This document shows, one piece after another, positions 12,205-23,156 of a stretch of 64,000 nucleotides of DNA. The stretch comes from Meyerozyma guilliermondii (lineage: Eukaryota): positions 1,178,001 through 1,242,000 of the forward strand of contig CP128815.1 in the NCBI GenBank assembly GCA_051546255.1, given 5' to 3'. Each line of letters starts with the position of its first letter. Positions within the stretch are counted from its first letter, which is position 1. The position numbers and the translations under genes are program-made. The notes beneath the pieces were generated by a model. The model made no database searches. It was not told the origin of the DNA and worked only from the letters and a program-made list of their open reading frames with translations.

Positions 12205-14250
12205 ATGAGAGCTGTCAGACGTGCTCTACAGACCCCGGCCACTAGGTCAATCTACAAATCACAACTTAGGGCCATTTCAAAGTCTGCCCAGCAAAATGCT
12301 ACCATGACCCAAAGGCTGCTGCCTTCATCCCCACGTCCTACTCCAGCACCAGCTTTCAACCAAGAGCCTAGCGGAGCCGCTAATGAGTCTGGTGAAAGAC
12401 CCTCGACCAAGAGAAATCTTAGGCGTGAACAGCTCATCATGGACGACTCGTTTATTGGACTTACAGGAGGTGAAATTTTCCATGAAATGATGTTAAGACA
12501 CAATGTTGATACTGTTTTTGGATATGCTGGCGGTGCTATTCTTCCTGTTTTCGATGCCATTTACAACTCGGATAAGTTCAAGTTTGTTTTGCCACGTCAT
12601 GAACAAGGTGCTGGACATATGGCGGAAGGCTATGCTCGTGCTTGTGGTAAGCCCGGTGTTGTTCTTGTTACTTCTGGTCCTGGAGCTACTAATGTGATTA
12701 CTCCTATGGCCGATGCTTTAGCTGACGGTGTTCCATTGGTGGTTTTCACCGGCCAGGTGCCTACTTCTGCCATCGGTACCGACTCTTTCCAAGAAGCTGA
12801 TGTCATTGGTATTTCCAGATCATGCACCAAATGGAACGTTATGGTTAAAAATGTTGCTGAATTACCCCGTAGAATCAACGAGGCGTTTGAAATTGCCACC
12901 CTGGGAAGACCTGGACCTGTTTTGGTCGACTTGCCCAAAGATGTCACTGCCTCGATTTTGCGTGAATCCATTCCTATCAAGACCACCTTACCTTTCAATG
13001 CCTTGAGTCAAATCACTCGCCAGGCAGCCACAGAGTTCACCATGGAAGCCATCCACAGATCCGCTGACATTTTGAATAAGGCCAAGAAACCAATTATCTA
13101 CGCTGGTGCTGGTGTCATGAACAGCGAAGAAGGTCCCCAACTTTTGAAAGAATTGGCTGACAAGGCTTGTATTCCCGTTACTACCACCATCCAGGGTCTC
13201 GGTGCTTTTGACCAACGTGATCCAAAGTCGCTAGATTTCCTTGGTATGCATGGAAATGCCGCTGCCAATACTGCTATTCAAAATGCCGACGTCATTATTG
13301 CCTTAGGAGCTCGTTTCGATGACAGAGTCACCGGTAAAGTGAGCGAGTTTGCACCTGTTGCTCGTGCTGCTGCTGCTCAGAACAAGGGAGGAATTATTCA
13401 TTTCGAAATCAGTCCTAAGAACATCAACAAAGTGGTAGAAGCTACTGAGGCTGTTGAAGGAGACTTGGCTGTTAACTTGGCTAAGTTTATTCCATTGGTA
13501 AAGAACGTTAAAGAGAGACCCGAATGGATGGGACAAGTTGAAAAATGGAAAGAAATGTACCCATATGCCTACTTGGAAGAAACCCCTGGATCCAAGATTA
13601 AACCACAAACCCTCATTAAAGAAATTTCCAAGCAATCCAGCACTTACGGAAAGGAGGTTATTGTAACTACCGGTGTCGGTCAGCATCAAATGTGGGCTGC
13701 TCAACATTTCACCTGGACCAAACCCCGGACCATGATCACCTCTGGTGGTTTGGGAACGATGGGTTTTGGTTTACCCGCTGCAATTGGAGCCCAGGTGGCC
13801 AAGCCAGATGCAATCGTTATCGACATTGATGGTGATGCTTCCTTTAATATGACATTAATGGAAATGTCTTCTGCTATTCAAGCTAATGCACCAGTCAAGA
13901 TTTGTGTTTTGAACAATGAAGAACAAGGAATGGTTACTCAATGGCAATCACTCTTTTACGAACATCGTTACGCCCACACTCATCAATCCAACCCTGATTT
14001 CATGAAATTATCAGAAGCTATGGGCCTTAAGGGTATTCGTGTGTCGAAGCAAGAAGAATTAGTATCCGGTGTCAAGGAATTTTTAGATTATGAAGGTCCT
14101 GTTTTGATGGAAGTTGTTGTCGAGAAGAAGGTGCCAGTCTTGCCTATGGTTCCAGGTGGTAACGCATTGGACGATTTCATTGTCTACGACGCTGAAGTTG
14201 AAAGAAAAGAAAATGAGTTGAGAAAACAAAGGACTGGTGGTTTGCATTAA
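12205..14250 (+). CDS. ILV2: Acetolactate synthase catalytic subunit, mitochondrial
   Basis: RHEQGAGHMAEGYAR, TSGPGATN, GARFDDRVTG, ThDP motif GDASFNMT...NNEEQGMV, and an N-terminal presequence. Confidence 0.97.
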   Translation: MRAVRRALQTPATRSIYKSQLRAISKSAQQNATMTQRLLPSSPRPTPAPAFNQEPSGAANESGERPSTKRNLRREQLIMDDSFIGLTGGEIFHEMMLRHNVDTVFGYAGGAILPVFDAIYNSDKFKFVLPRHEQGAGHMAEGYARACGKPGVVLVTSGPGATNVITPMADALADGVPLVVFTGQVPTSAIGTDSFQEADVIGISRSCTKWNVMVKNVAELPRRINEAFEIATLGRPGPVLVDLPKDVTASILRESIPIKTTLPFNALSQITRQAATEFTMEAIHRSADILNKAKKPIIYAGAGVMNSEEGPQLLKELADKACIPVTTTIQGLGAFDQRDPKSLDFLGMHGNAAANTAIQNADVIIALGARFDDRVTGKVSEFAPVARAAAAQNKGGIIHFEISPKNINKVVEATEAVEGDLAVNLAKFIPLVKNVKERPEWMGQVEKWKEMYPYAYLEETPGSKIKPQTLIKEISKQSSTYGKEVIVTTGVGQHQMWAAQHFTWTKPRTMITSGGLGTMGFGLPAAIGAQVAKPDAIVIDIDGDASFNMTLMEMSSAIQANAPVKICVLNNEEQGMVTQWQSLFYEHRYAHTHQSNPDFMKLSEAMGLKGIRVSKQEELVSGVKEFLDYEGPVLMEVVVEKKVPVLPMVPGGNALDDFIVYDAEVERKENELRKQRTGGLH

Positions 14251-14407
14251 AATGATACGTCGATGACATTAAAAGTTAATTATTGATATAGCTTTAAGTA
14301 TATATTCTTGAGACATTCCTAAAGACATTTCTTATGAACTGTAAGGCTTGTAAATAGCAAAAAAATGATGAACTTGTTCTTTAAAATGAACTGAAAAAAA
14401 GAAAATT

Positions 14408-14493
14408 AGCCCGACGCGGGGGTCGAACCCGCAGCCTTTTGATCGCTTCTCTTATATAAGAGTCAAACGCTCTACCGATTGAGCTAGCCAGGC
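14408..14493 (-). tRNA. tRNA-Lys(CUU) with a 13-nt intron (14444-14456)
   Basis: GCCTGGCTAGCTCAATCGGTAGAGCGTTTGACTCTTA[TATAAGAGAAGCG]ATCAAAAGGCTGCGGGTTCGACCCCCGCGTCGGGCT gives a 73-nt mature cloverleaf with a downstream oligo-T terminator. Confidence 0.95.
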
Positions 14494-14638
14494 CAATCGT
14501 TGTGGAGTTAGCAACTATGTGCAAATATATATGGCCGCTAGGGTGCCCCGCTCACACGGTTATACCCGACACCCGGTAAGCTGCAGTCTCCGAGGATATT
14601 CCCCATATTCCCGGAGATCCGGGACTGCAGACAAGTTA

Positions 14639-14650
14639 CCCATTCATCCG
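14639..14650 (+). promoter_or_regulatory. Carbon source-responsive element (CSRE)
   Basis: CCCATTCATCCG matches YCCRTTNRNCCG at all positions and lies about 80 bp upstream of a Sip4-like gene. Confidence 0.65.
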
Positions 14651-14728
14651 ATGTCTGGGGCATTTTTGATACTACAAGGAAGAACAACGATTTCATCTTC
14701 TGTTCTCACCTAGTGCCTATATGTCGAG

Positions 14729-17700
14729 ATGGACTATTCCAAAGAGGATGATACCCAGTCTGCGGGCTCAAGACTGTCAAACCTGAATATGAAGTTGATC
14801 AATACTACTTCTGGGCCTCGAGTTTCTCAAGCTTGTGACCGATGTAGAATCAAAAAAATCAAGTGCAATGGCCTAACTCCTTGTCTGAATTGTTCTAAAA
14901 TTGGATTTGATTGTAAAACAAGTGACAAGTTGACTAGGAGAGCTTTTCCAAAGGGATACACCGAGAATCTCGAACGCCGTATAAGAGATCTCGAAGAAGA
15001 AAACGAACGACTAAAAGCGGAGAGAGGAAATAACGTCGCTCCGGCGGTAGAAGCTCACACTCCCAACCGTGTCAAGGAAGAAACTCGTCCAACCACAACA
15101 TCCACTACTTCAAATCCACACCAATCTTCTGTACCCATCAATAACCCGATTGATCAGATTTTCAATCTCGATAGCAAGGGGGTAATAATTGGAAATGACA
15201 ACTTGAACTTTGAATCACAATTCAATCATTTGCTCATCAATCTCAATCTTCCCTTTCTCAAGATCACCAATTCTCATAATTACCTTTTAAATGACCCAAA
15301 CGCTTATTTGTACCACCCAGCGTACACCGCTTACAACCAGTTCCATAACCGTGATTTAGATGTTATTTACAATCCTTTGACGGCAAGAGACTCAGCGCAC
15401 GATATGCTCGATGATGTGTCTAGCCTTACAAATAAGCAACTCCCCAAAGATATTTATGACTTATTCATAAAATTGATCAACAATTTCAAAAATCTTTTCA
15501 GCAGCAAAAAGGAATTGGATAACCAGATCATCCAGTTTTTTCTAAATTATAACATTTTCATTCCAATCTTTGATTTCAAAAAATTCATGCAATCTTATGA
15601 TGCGTTCCATACCATGTACCCGTTCATGTTCACTTACGACGATGCCACCATAAATGGATTTAACATTCTGAGCAACGACTATCGAGTTGTAAATGAGTAT
15701 TTGATGACAGTGGTTCAAATCTACGCAATGATCATGATGAACGATCCCACTATCAATCTCAACTTACTCTTGAACCATCCAAATCCGGGGTATGCCAATA
15801 CTACTTTGAACAAGGGTGACAAAACGCATGCAACTTTGACCATCATAAGATCGTTATATGATTTTCTTCCCTACCTAAATGTTCAGCATGTATCAGTGAC
15901 TCAGTTGCAAACTTACATGCTATTCCTATACTATTCGCTCCTCACAAACAACAAGGAGAAATCTTTGGTCTTATCTGCACTTGTCAATGCCTTTATTGGA
16001 ATCTTGGGAATAAACCTTAACTCAAAAAACTTATTCTTCAATGACTTATCCTTAAATTTGGATCAAAAGCGAGATCGTGTAAAGATCTTTTGGGTCTTCA
16101 AAGTTTTGTTAAAATGCTTCAATTTAAAATTTGGTTTCAAACCAAGTATTAACACCACGGTCATCAATCCAGTTACAATTGATCGTTATTTCGAATTGAC
16201 CCCGGAAAAATTGAGTCTGTTATTAGATTCCTCACGAGGTACTGACGAGCTATTCACGACGCTCTTGAAACCCAGCGTGGAGTTTTTAAATTTGGTGAAC
16301 ATCATCATCCCATCTTCCTTCTCTCCTAATTATTATCAGTACTTGAAACTGGGCTCAAACAACAATCTGGGCCATCATCATCGAAAACATCCTAAATTGG
16401 ACTGGATTTTGAACGATGATGACGGAGATGGAAACGATGGTAACTTGAACTACAATTACAACCAGTTCTTGACCATCGATAAAAATCTCTCGAATTGGAG
16501 GTATTCCTTGAAGGAGAAGCAGTTGAATTTGGTTCCACTTCAATTGCAGATGAACTTACCTATACTATCAAGTCAGACAACCAATGACTTGTATCACAAG
16601 ATTATATCAAACAATGCCCAATCGAGTACGACGATATCAAGAGAAGGCATGGTCAACTACTTACTGACAGGTGTTCCAGATATATACACTGCCAGTCAGC
16701 TCATAAAAATTCAGCTTAATTTCCATTGCTTGTTGATCAGGTCTATGAACTACATCAACTTTGTGATTGATAAAGAATTGACCCATCCTTACTATGTGAA
16801 AATTTCGAATATATCAAGAGAAGTATTGACATACTTTCTTCTAATATTTGAACATGTGGGTGCAGCCGATGAGATTGATAAAATTCCAGCCTCAACTGGT
16901 AACACAGGATCTACAATGGGATCATTGGGGATTGATGACGACGACGACGGATTTGTGATAAACGATTTTCTGTTCAAAAGGAGAAAAACCAACAACGCAT
17001 TCAATAACCAGGTCAAGTGGAAAGTTAGAGAACTTCCTCCTTCTCCCTTTAACAGCATGCTTAATGGGTTATCGATGACTATCATTAATTTCAAAAAGTC
17101 AATTCTTTTGCAAATGCTCTTTTTATTGGTCAGTCTGACCAAGTTTTTCAAGAAGGAGGGTCTCGTTGCAGATAACGTCGCGAGTACTTTGAATAACAGT
17201 ATCAATTTGTTCATCAAGATATTCATCAACTACCAAACCAATGCAGCCACTGTTTTCAGCAACCAACAGTCAAAGGCCAAGAAGTATAAAGAAGACACTT
17301 TATTCAGAAAATTGATGAATGATGAACTTCGAGATCAGATTTTACGTGAGCCACGAACCAATGGAGATGACAGCGACGATGACGAGCTTGGATCAAGCCG
17401 AGGAATAAACGAAATCCACGAGACTATGGACATTGATTGGGACGACGAAGATATGGACGAAGACTTAAAATACTTGAAGATACTCAAGTTTGTTCAGTAT
17501 AAAATTAACTGGCTCCAGGAAAAGTCGGATAACAAACTCAAAAGAGCAAGAGCTTTACGACAGGAAGGGTCCAGGCAACCCACACCAGGGGTGGAATCCT
17601 CTGACGACAAAATGCTGCAAGTCAAACAACCTAACGTAGTGAATATGCCGTTAGGGTTGACAGGTGTCTCAAGTTCATTACATGAAACCGACTCTTTGAG

Positions 17701-17986
17701 CAGTTTTTACTGTTCCACTTCCCCACCTGGTCCTTCACAGGCTCCTTACTCGGCTACAAGTCTTCTATCGAAAATGCAATCGGAACCACGTATCGATATG
17801 GCAGATCCCAAAGAGGAGAAGAATGGAAATCAAGCTGACGAGAGATTGGTTGCAAATGATTTGATAAATCTTAAACGAGGCTACAGTAAAATCGGTCTCT
17901 CCCCGGAATCCCCAGTATGGAACTACACACCAAATTCTACAAGTCCTGGAGGCACAACTATCAATCCAGATACTAAAACTCACTAG
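14729..17986 (+). CDS. SIP4: Zn(II)2Cys6 transcription factor, Sip4/Cat8 family (closer to Sip4)
   Basis: QACDRCRIKKIKCNG..C.NC.KIGFDCKTSDKLTRRAFPKGYTENLE; the SDKL.R...PKGYTE linker is diagnostic of Cat8/Sip4. The orthology call is tentative. Confidence 0.75.
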   Translation: MDYSKEDDTQSAGSRLSNLNMKLINTTSGPRVSQACDRCRIKKIKCNGLTPCLNCSKIGFDCKTSDKLTRRAFPKGYTENLERRIRDLEEENERLKAERGNNVAPAVEAHTPNRVKEETRPTTTSTTSNPHQSSVPINNPIDQIFNLDSKGVIIGNDNLNFESQFNHLLINLNLPFLKITNSHNYLLNDPNAYLYHPAYTAYNQFHNRDLDVIYNPLTARDSAHDMLDDVSSLTNKQLPKDIYDLFIKLINNFKNLFSSKKELDNQIIQFFLNYNIFIPIFDFKKFMQSYDAFHTMYPFMFTYDDATINGFNILSNDYRVVNEYLMTVVQIYAMIMMNDPTINLNLLLNHPNPGYANTTLNKGDKTHATLTIIRSLYDFLPYLNVQHVSVTQLQTYMLFLYYSLLTNNKEKSLVLSALVNAFIGILGINLNSKNLFFNDLSLNLDQKRDRVKIFWVFKVLLKCFNLKFGFKPSINTTVINPVTIDRYFELTPEKLSLLLDSSRGTDELFTTLLKPSVEFLNLVNIIIPSSFSPNYYQYLKLGSNNNLGHHHRKHPKLDWILNDDDGDGNDGNLNYNYNQFLTIDKNLSNWRYSLKEKQLNLVPLQLQMNLPILSSQTTNDLYHKIISNNAQSSTTISREGMVNYLLTGVPDIYTASQLIKIQLNFHCLLIRSMNYINFVIDKELTHPYYVKISNISREVLTYFLLIFEHVGAADEIDKIPASTGNTGSTMGSLGIDDDDDGFVINDFLFKRRKTNNAFNNQVKWKVRELPPSPFNSMLNGLSMTIINFKKSILLQMLFLLVSLTKFFKKEGLVADNVASTLNNSINLFIKIFINYQTNAATVFSNQQSKAKKYKEDTLFRKLMNDELRDQILREPRTNGDDSDDDELGSSRGINEIHETMDIDWDDEDMDEDLKYLKILKFVQYKINWLQEKSDNKLKRARALRQEGSRQPTPGVESSDDKMLQVKQPNVVNMPLGLTGVSSSLHETDSLSSFYCSTSPPGPSQAPYSATSLLSKMQSEPRIDMADPKEEKNGNQADERLVANDLINLKRGYSKIGLSPESPVWNYTPNSTSPGGTTINPDTKTH

Positions 17987-18274
17987 CGGCACATTATACG
18001 CAGTCCTAAAAAATGTGGCGGGGTTTAGTGTCAGGGGAAACGGATTTGTGTGCATATTGAATAGGAGTGCAGCAGATATTTTGTTCTCAAATGCGGGGTT
18101 TTTCGTCTGTCACGCCGCGGTAAATTTCAAAATGCGGCGTACATTCCAGAATGTACCATATTCTTAACCCCACATTAGCTTATCGCCCTGCATTCTGCGC
18201 CTCTCGCACCTGATACCTGGAGATTGGATTTTGCCGTCTTTTTTATTCTTGTTTTTCAAGCATAATTATTGACA

Positions 18275-18520
18275 ATGCCTTTTCAACACTTTACCGACCA
18301 CTTTAACAACTCAACCATGACCCCATTGGGTGACCAAGAGCACGAGAGGAGAGACTCTTACTTTGACAACGAAGTCACTATTGGCGACTCAACTTCATTT
18401 GGAGGTGACATTCCCGCTCCTGAAGAGGAGTCAAAGAAAGAGTTTGAAAATCCCAGCATTGCAAGTTTGAGGTCAGAGACTTTCCACTTGTCTTCAGATA
18501 ATTTGATTGTAAACTTGTAG
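18275..18520 (+). CDS. Small acidic protein of unknown function (81 aa)
   Basis: ATG in ACAATG context, plausible codon usage, and it fills the gap between SIP4 and CIN1. No family recognised. Confidence 0.5.
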   Translation: MPFQHFTDHFNNSTMTPLGDQEHERRDSYFDNEVTIGDSTSFGGDIPAPEEESKKEFENPSIASLRSETFHLSSDNLIVNL

Positions 18521-18589
18521 TCAATTTGCAATCATTGGATCGGCACCGAAAGTGAGAGAAAATATCTATTCAAAAATTAGTTTTAGGAG

Positions 18590-21500
18590 TTAAAGGTTAA
18601 TAAATATGGGTTCCATAATCTTTAGTTGTAGACTCAGCTTTTGTACATCATTCCAATCACAAGACTCTAGTACATGGAGCGTGTCAATTTTCGCTTCCAT
18701 TTGTAAAGCTAGTTCGTAAAGACAATTTGCTGCCGAATTTCGAATATAAGTATTCGAATGCTTGCATGCTATCCAACATAAACGCTTTCTTGCATCACGC
18801 ATGCTACCATATTCTGGCATACTTAGGAATAAGAGTATTCTTAAAACCAACTTTATCCGCATCACATTAGTGGTATTAATGTGAAGATTATAACTTCGAA
18901 TGTATAGCCTCTGGTAGTCAAAATCAGATGGAAATTCGAAACCTGATTCAAACAATTTCACAAATAGATTCAAGGTATTTGTGTAAGTACTAATTGCTCG
19001 TGATGACTGCTGTTGTAATGGCATATCCTTTGGAACTAAAAGAATCTGTAGGATGCTTTGAAATACAGACGATACTCTGCTGGGCGTAATTTGTCTGAAA
19101 AATACCAACATTGCTTTAAAGGAGGCATTGATAACATCGCTGGGACCACGTATGGCAGCAGCACTGAAGACAATTCCTCTCCAGAACGGCACAGATAATG
19201 TGGATTCATGTTCTTCAAGAACCACACTTCTATAATATTCAAATAAGCGAGTGAAATATCCTAGTGACAGATCAAATACCTCCTTCTCACCCACCATAAG
19301 TTCGAACGCCTTGACTCTCAATCTATCAATTTGTTCACCACTGATGCGAACGAGTCGCTTATCCAACTCTAATGCCAATGGTTCAAAAATTGGCCTGTGC
19401 GCTTGAATTAGCTGAATAGTTGAATAACGAACCTCAGATCCGACATCTCCTTGTTCTGTTCTTGTATAGTTGTCGAGGCACTTCAAGATACCCATTAAAT
19501 TGGAATGATCGTTTTTATGCAATGGAAAGTGCAATGGAAAGCTGTCTAGAATGAGAGCTTTCAAAGCGCAAGATAACTTGTCTTTATGGAGCAAGTTCAC
19601 AAGCCTGTCAGCTTGGTACTGTGAACATTTTATAGAGCTGATACTTTTAGCAAAAGCCCTGTCCCCATGCTCTATCAACTCGAGAGCCGCATCATAATCT
19701 TGGTCTGAAAGTGTTTCACAAAGACTCAAATATTGCTGTAGAAGGCAATCAAGATCGTCGGAGTCAACATTCATTGTAATCACCGAAACATCGTGCCAGG
19801 CTCGAGTGGAATCGAAATCAATGCCTAAAGTCTTACAAAGCACTAGGTATAGGAGATACGTCTCTGCTTTGATTGCTGTAATCACCTTTAGGTTTTTTGA
19901 TAATTCTGAATGAAAGGAATGGCCCGCTTTTAATATAATGCGACGAGCACTTTCTGAATTGAATGCAAGAGCCACTATAGAATAGTGAATGTGATCTGAA
20001 TGCTCATTGTACATTTGAGATAGTTTTTGAAAGAAGTTTGACATCATATCGTCGGAAACATTTTCATTATCAAGAACATTGATGAAAGTTCTGATACATC
20101 GTTTCTGTAACTTGAAATCAACATCTTCCTCAAGAATGTTCTTGAGTATCGGTGACAAGAGCTCATCTGAACATATGTCAAGCTTGAGTAACTCTTCTAC
20201 GAGAACGAAGGTTTTTTGAGACTCTGAAATGGCCTTAAAGGTCATCAACTCAATGACTTTGATGCTTGTCTCCCCTAAGCGTTCTGAACCACTTTGGTCA
20301 AGACAAAGTCTGCCGTGACGACCTATAAGCTCCTGGACCACAGATATCCCGCAACGTCGAATTATCAAATCTCTGTCGAATATTGATACCTTCAATACAT
20401 CTTGAAAGATGGTCAAAAACATCTGCGGATTCTTTGTCTCAAGCTTCTGGGCCAGTTCAGGTGTCAAAAGGCGAATGATAGCCCATAGGACAAAGCACGA
20501 AGCATCTCTTACCGGCAGACCTAGTTCACTCGAGCCCAGATATGATTCAAAGAACAAATATTTGTGGACAACACTCAAGACAAGTGGAATTGTGTCGATG
20601 GGCAATGATTTGTTCATCGCTATAAGCCCAAAGAATAAAAGTAGTGTGTGTATTCTGTGAATTGCAGTCACAGCGTCATCCACTTCAATGGTTCTGGTGA
20701 AGCTTTGAGAGACCATTTGAATCAGTGAGTTTGTAGTGAACTGCTTAAATAGAAATTGAATCAATTGGTCGTGATAATTCACAGCCTTACTCAAAAGGGA
20801 CCGGGATATCGAGGCTAAAGCTTTTGCCGTGCTATATCTGAGCTTGGTGTCGAAAGATGAGGACAGGCCCATAATCTGCTGAACTTGTATGGTGATGATT
20901 TTGGACACATCTTGATATCTACCACATGATAAAAAGGACTGTGCAATTCTGGTCAGAAGCTTAACAAAGTAGAGCAACCTTAGGCCGTTTGGGCGGGTGA
21001 TATCCAAGTACATTGAGTCTAGTAATAGAATGTCACGAAACACCAAATCAGAAATGTATTGACCAGATTCCAAAGTGGCCAATTTGAGTATCTTGTTTAG
21101 CACCATCAGATAGCCTAGCTTCTGTGTTTCATTATCTAATCCCATCAGCCATGTGGGAAGAATATAGTTTTCATAAAATTGTGGAAGGGTACCATTTCGA
21201 AAAGAATCCGGTCTGGTGACAATGCGTGAAAGTAGCACCAGGGCTCCGATTTGTGACTTTGAAGCATAAGATGAACACAATTTCTTACTGGCAGTTGAGA
21301 CAAGCTTGGGAATTATATCAGGTTGCACTTTCTCTAGTGGAAAAGGTGCTAGGACTATATTTGATAGCCACAACGATAACATATAAATCTCGTTTTCGTC
21401 ATTTTTTTCATCGGAATAGTGCAAGTAGAGATCATTGAGCGAGTACACATCACTAGGAAAGCAATTGGTGACGACTTTATAGCCACGAACCTTGGCAAAG

Positions 21501-21793
21501 CAATACACCACCTGAGCTAGCGATCTAGTAAATGCATTTTCATGTGACTTTGTTCCCACAATCAAGAACTTTTCAGCAATTGCCTTGATGTGGTCGTTCA
21601 ACTTCGAATCTAAAAGACTTGGTGATGTTTCAAACTCATCAATTCTGCTATTAAGTTTGACGCCTATGGCATTGAGATGGCTAGTACTTGCATTTTCACT
21701 CAGCAACAATCGTGATAAAAGCGATGAGATTTCTGCGTGTAAATGATCTTTACGCCTGGAGATACCGTCACCAAAAGGAAGATCTATATCCAT
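18590..21793 (-). CDS. CIN1: Tubulin-folding cofactor D
   Basis: KVRGYK....FPSDV, VRDASCFVLWA, FDRDLIIRR and DNYT.TEQGDVGSEVR motifs in a HEAT-like protein. Confidence 0.9.
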   Translation of the reverse strand: MDIDLPFGDGISRRKDHLHAEISSLLSRLLLSENASTSHLNAIGVKLNSRIDEFETSPSLLDSKLNDHIKAIAEKFLIVGTKSHENAFTRSLAQVVYCFAKVRGYKVVTNCFPSDVYSLNDLYLHYSDEKNDENEIYMLSLWLSNIVLAPFPLEKVQPDIIPKLVSTASKKLCSSYASKSQIGALVLLSRIVTRPDSFRNGTLPQFYENYILPTWLMGLDNETQKLGYLMVLNKILKLATLESGQYISDLVFRDILLLDSMYLDITRPNGLRLLYFVKLLTRIAQSFLSCGRYQDVSKIITIQVQQIMGLSSSFDTKLRYSTAKALASISRSLLSKAVNYHDQLIQFLFKQFTTNSLIQMVSQSFTRTIEVDDAVTAIHRIHTLLLFFGLIAMNKSLPIDTIPLVLSVVHKYLFFESYLGSSELGLPVRDASCFVLWAIIRLLTPELAQKLETKNPQMFLTIFQDVLKVSIFDRDLIIRRCGISVVQELIGRHGRLCLDQSGSERLGETSIKVIELMTFKAISESQKTFVLVEELLKLDICSDELLSPILKNILEEDVDFKLQKRCIRTFINVLDNENVSDDMMSNFFQKLSQMYNEHSDHIHYSIVALAFNSESARRIILKAGHSFHSELSKNLKVITAIKAETYLLYLVLCKTLGIDFDSTRAWHDVSVITMNVDSDDLDCLLQQYLSLCETLSDQDYDAALELIEHGDRAFAKSISSIKCSQYQADRLVNLLHKDKLSCALKALILDSFPLHFPLHKNDHSNLMGILKCLDNYTRTEQGDVGSEVRYSTIQLIQAHRPIFEPLALELDKRLVRISGEQIDRLRVKAFELMVGEKEVFDLSLGYFTRLFEYYRSVVLEEHESTLSVPFWRGIVFSAAAIRGPSDVINASFKAMLVFFRQITPSRVSSVFQSILQILLVPKDMPLQQQSSRAISTYTNTLNLFVKLFESGFEFPSDFDYQRLYIRSYNLHINTTNVMRIKLVLRILLFLSMPEYGSMRDARKRLCWIACKHSNTYIRNSAANCLYELALQMEAKIDTLHVLESCDWNDVQKLSLQLKIMEPIFINL

Positions 21794-21913
21794 TCTGGCT
21801 CATTTTGTCAAAACTCTGAATGAGAGGTAATATGAAGCCTTTTTGATTTTCCTGCACCTGCACCTGGTGCACGGTGATCGAAAATTTTGTTTTACAGATA
21901 CTTGACTTCAACC

Positions 21914-22210
21914 ATGTCTGTTGCCAACGCTGCCAAGCAACAGTTCTATAAGATTACTCAGCTTCGTTCCACCATCGGGTGTCATCCTATTGTAAGGAAA
22001 AATATCACAGCCTTGGGATTGAAAAGAAGACATCAAATAGTGTACCAGCGAGTATCTCCTTCGACTGCCCATAGACTCCGTACCGTGAAAGAATTGGTAA
22101 AGATCGAACTTGTAGATGAGCCAAAGACTAGAGAAGAGGTGAACAAAGAGAGAAAGTTCAATCCTGGGTTCGAATTACTCAAAAAAGGTGCAGAACGAAC
22201 ATACCAGTAG
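21914..22210 (+). CDS. MRPL33: Mitochondrial ribosomal protein uL30m
   Basis: FYKITQLRSTIG...ALGLKRR.Q.VY...VKELVKIEL motif; ATG at 21914. Confidence 0.92.
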   Translation: MSVANAAKQQFYKITQLRSTIGCHPIVRKNITALGLKRRHQIVYQRVSPSTAHRLRTVKELVKIELVDEPKTREEVNKERKFNPGFELLKKGAERTYQ

Positions 22211-22806
22211 ATGCGAAGATCAACAAGAATCAGTGGAATGATCACGAGAAAGATGTTTGCACAGATTAAACCATAAATCATAACAATACGACTCGGCAAC
22301 CCAAGCTTGTATATAATCGGCGTCCAGCGAACCTTGGGAAGCTGTAGTACACCATTTGCTACTCGGTGAAGATAGTGCTAACAAAGGAAGAATGAATGAA
22401 AAGAATTAATTGCGGAAGTGACTCGAGGGCTTTATACCCTCTCGTTAGCACGTATTCTATTCTGTGGCTTGATACAGAAACTCAAGTGTGTACCAATAGA
22501 CAGAAATGCACAAATTTAAAAATTCAACTAATATATAGGAATGAATCAAGACACGGAGAATGAATGAGTAAGATAAGTCGTCACTTCCCAATATCGAAAC
22601 CTGGCTAGTATAGCTGCCAAAACCACCTTTTCCAGAATACATAATCCTGCACAATGATGATCAATTCAAATTTACAAAAAGGTCATCAATGGGCATAGAG
22701 AAATAGCTCAAACTTAGCCAGTCCACTAAATCGTAGCCATAGAAAACACTATTACTTTCATTTCGATCGTCTTTCTCCAGGGCGACGTTGTGTAAATCGG
22801 GCTAAT

Positions 22807-22837
22807 TGATTGGCCCATCACCTAAAAGTCACGTGAT
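22807..22837. promoter_or_regulatory. CCAAT box and Cbf1 site upstream of COA2
   Basis: TGATTGG at 22807-22813 (Hap complex) and GTCACGTGAT at 22828-22837. Confidence 0.55.
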
Positions 22838-22958
22838 CGTGATGGTGAAAAAACATCAATGGTCAATCGAACCACTACTTACATACTCTTTCGAGCATCT
22901 ACGATCATAAATTAGCGTGCCGAGTAAACGCCTATCGTACCACGTACAACTATAAACA

Positions 22959-23156
22959 ATGCTATTCACAATCAGGGCCACTCAAAGAAATCGACTTACT
23001 AGTTCAATATTCACTTCAACATTTGCAATCTGCTTCACTTTGGTAGCGGCCAATTCGCTTCTTCCGTGTCCTGTTGATAGTGTTCATGGTAACGAATCGA
23101 TACTCGAGGATCGTATAAAGCGTGCCAAGGAAAACAAAGAGGAGAAATCTCTGTGA
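22959..23156 (+). CDS. COA2: Cytochrome c oxidase assembly factor 2 (65 aa)
   Basis: RATQRNRL...FTSTFAICFTLVAANSLLPCPVDSV aligns with recalled S. cerevisiae Coa2 (RAVTRNKI...FSTFLIAFASVAIGSVLPCPAHSV). Confidence 0.85.
   Translation: MLFTIRATQRNRLTSSIFTSTFAICFTLVAANSLLPCPVDSVHGNESILEDRIKRAKENKEEKSL

Noticed and set aside
22215..22760. Hydrophobic minus-strand frames and a TGCTAAC branch-like motif between MRPL33 and COA2
   Set aside because: I could not assemble a consistent spliced or continuous reading frame, and saw no family similarity.
22828..22837. GTCACGTG as a point-centromere CDEI
   Set aside because: No AT-rich CDEII or CDEIII follows; it is better explained as a Cbf1 promoter site.
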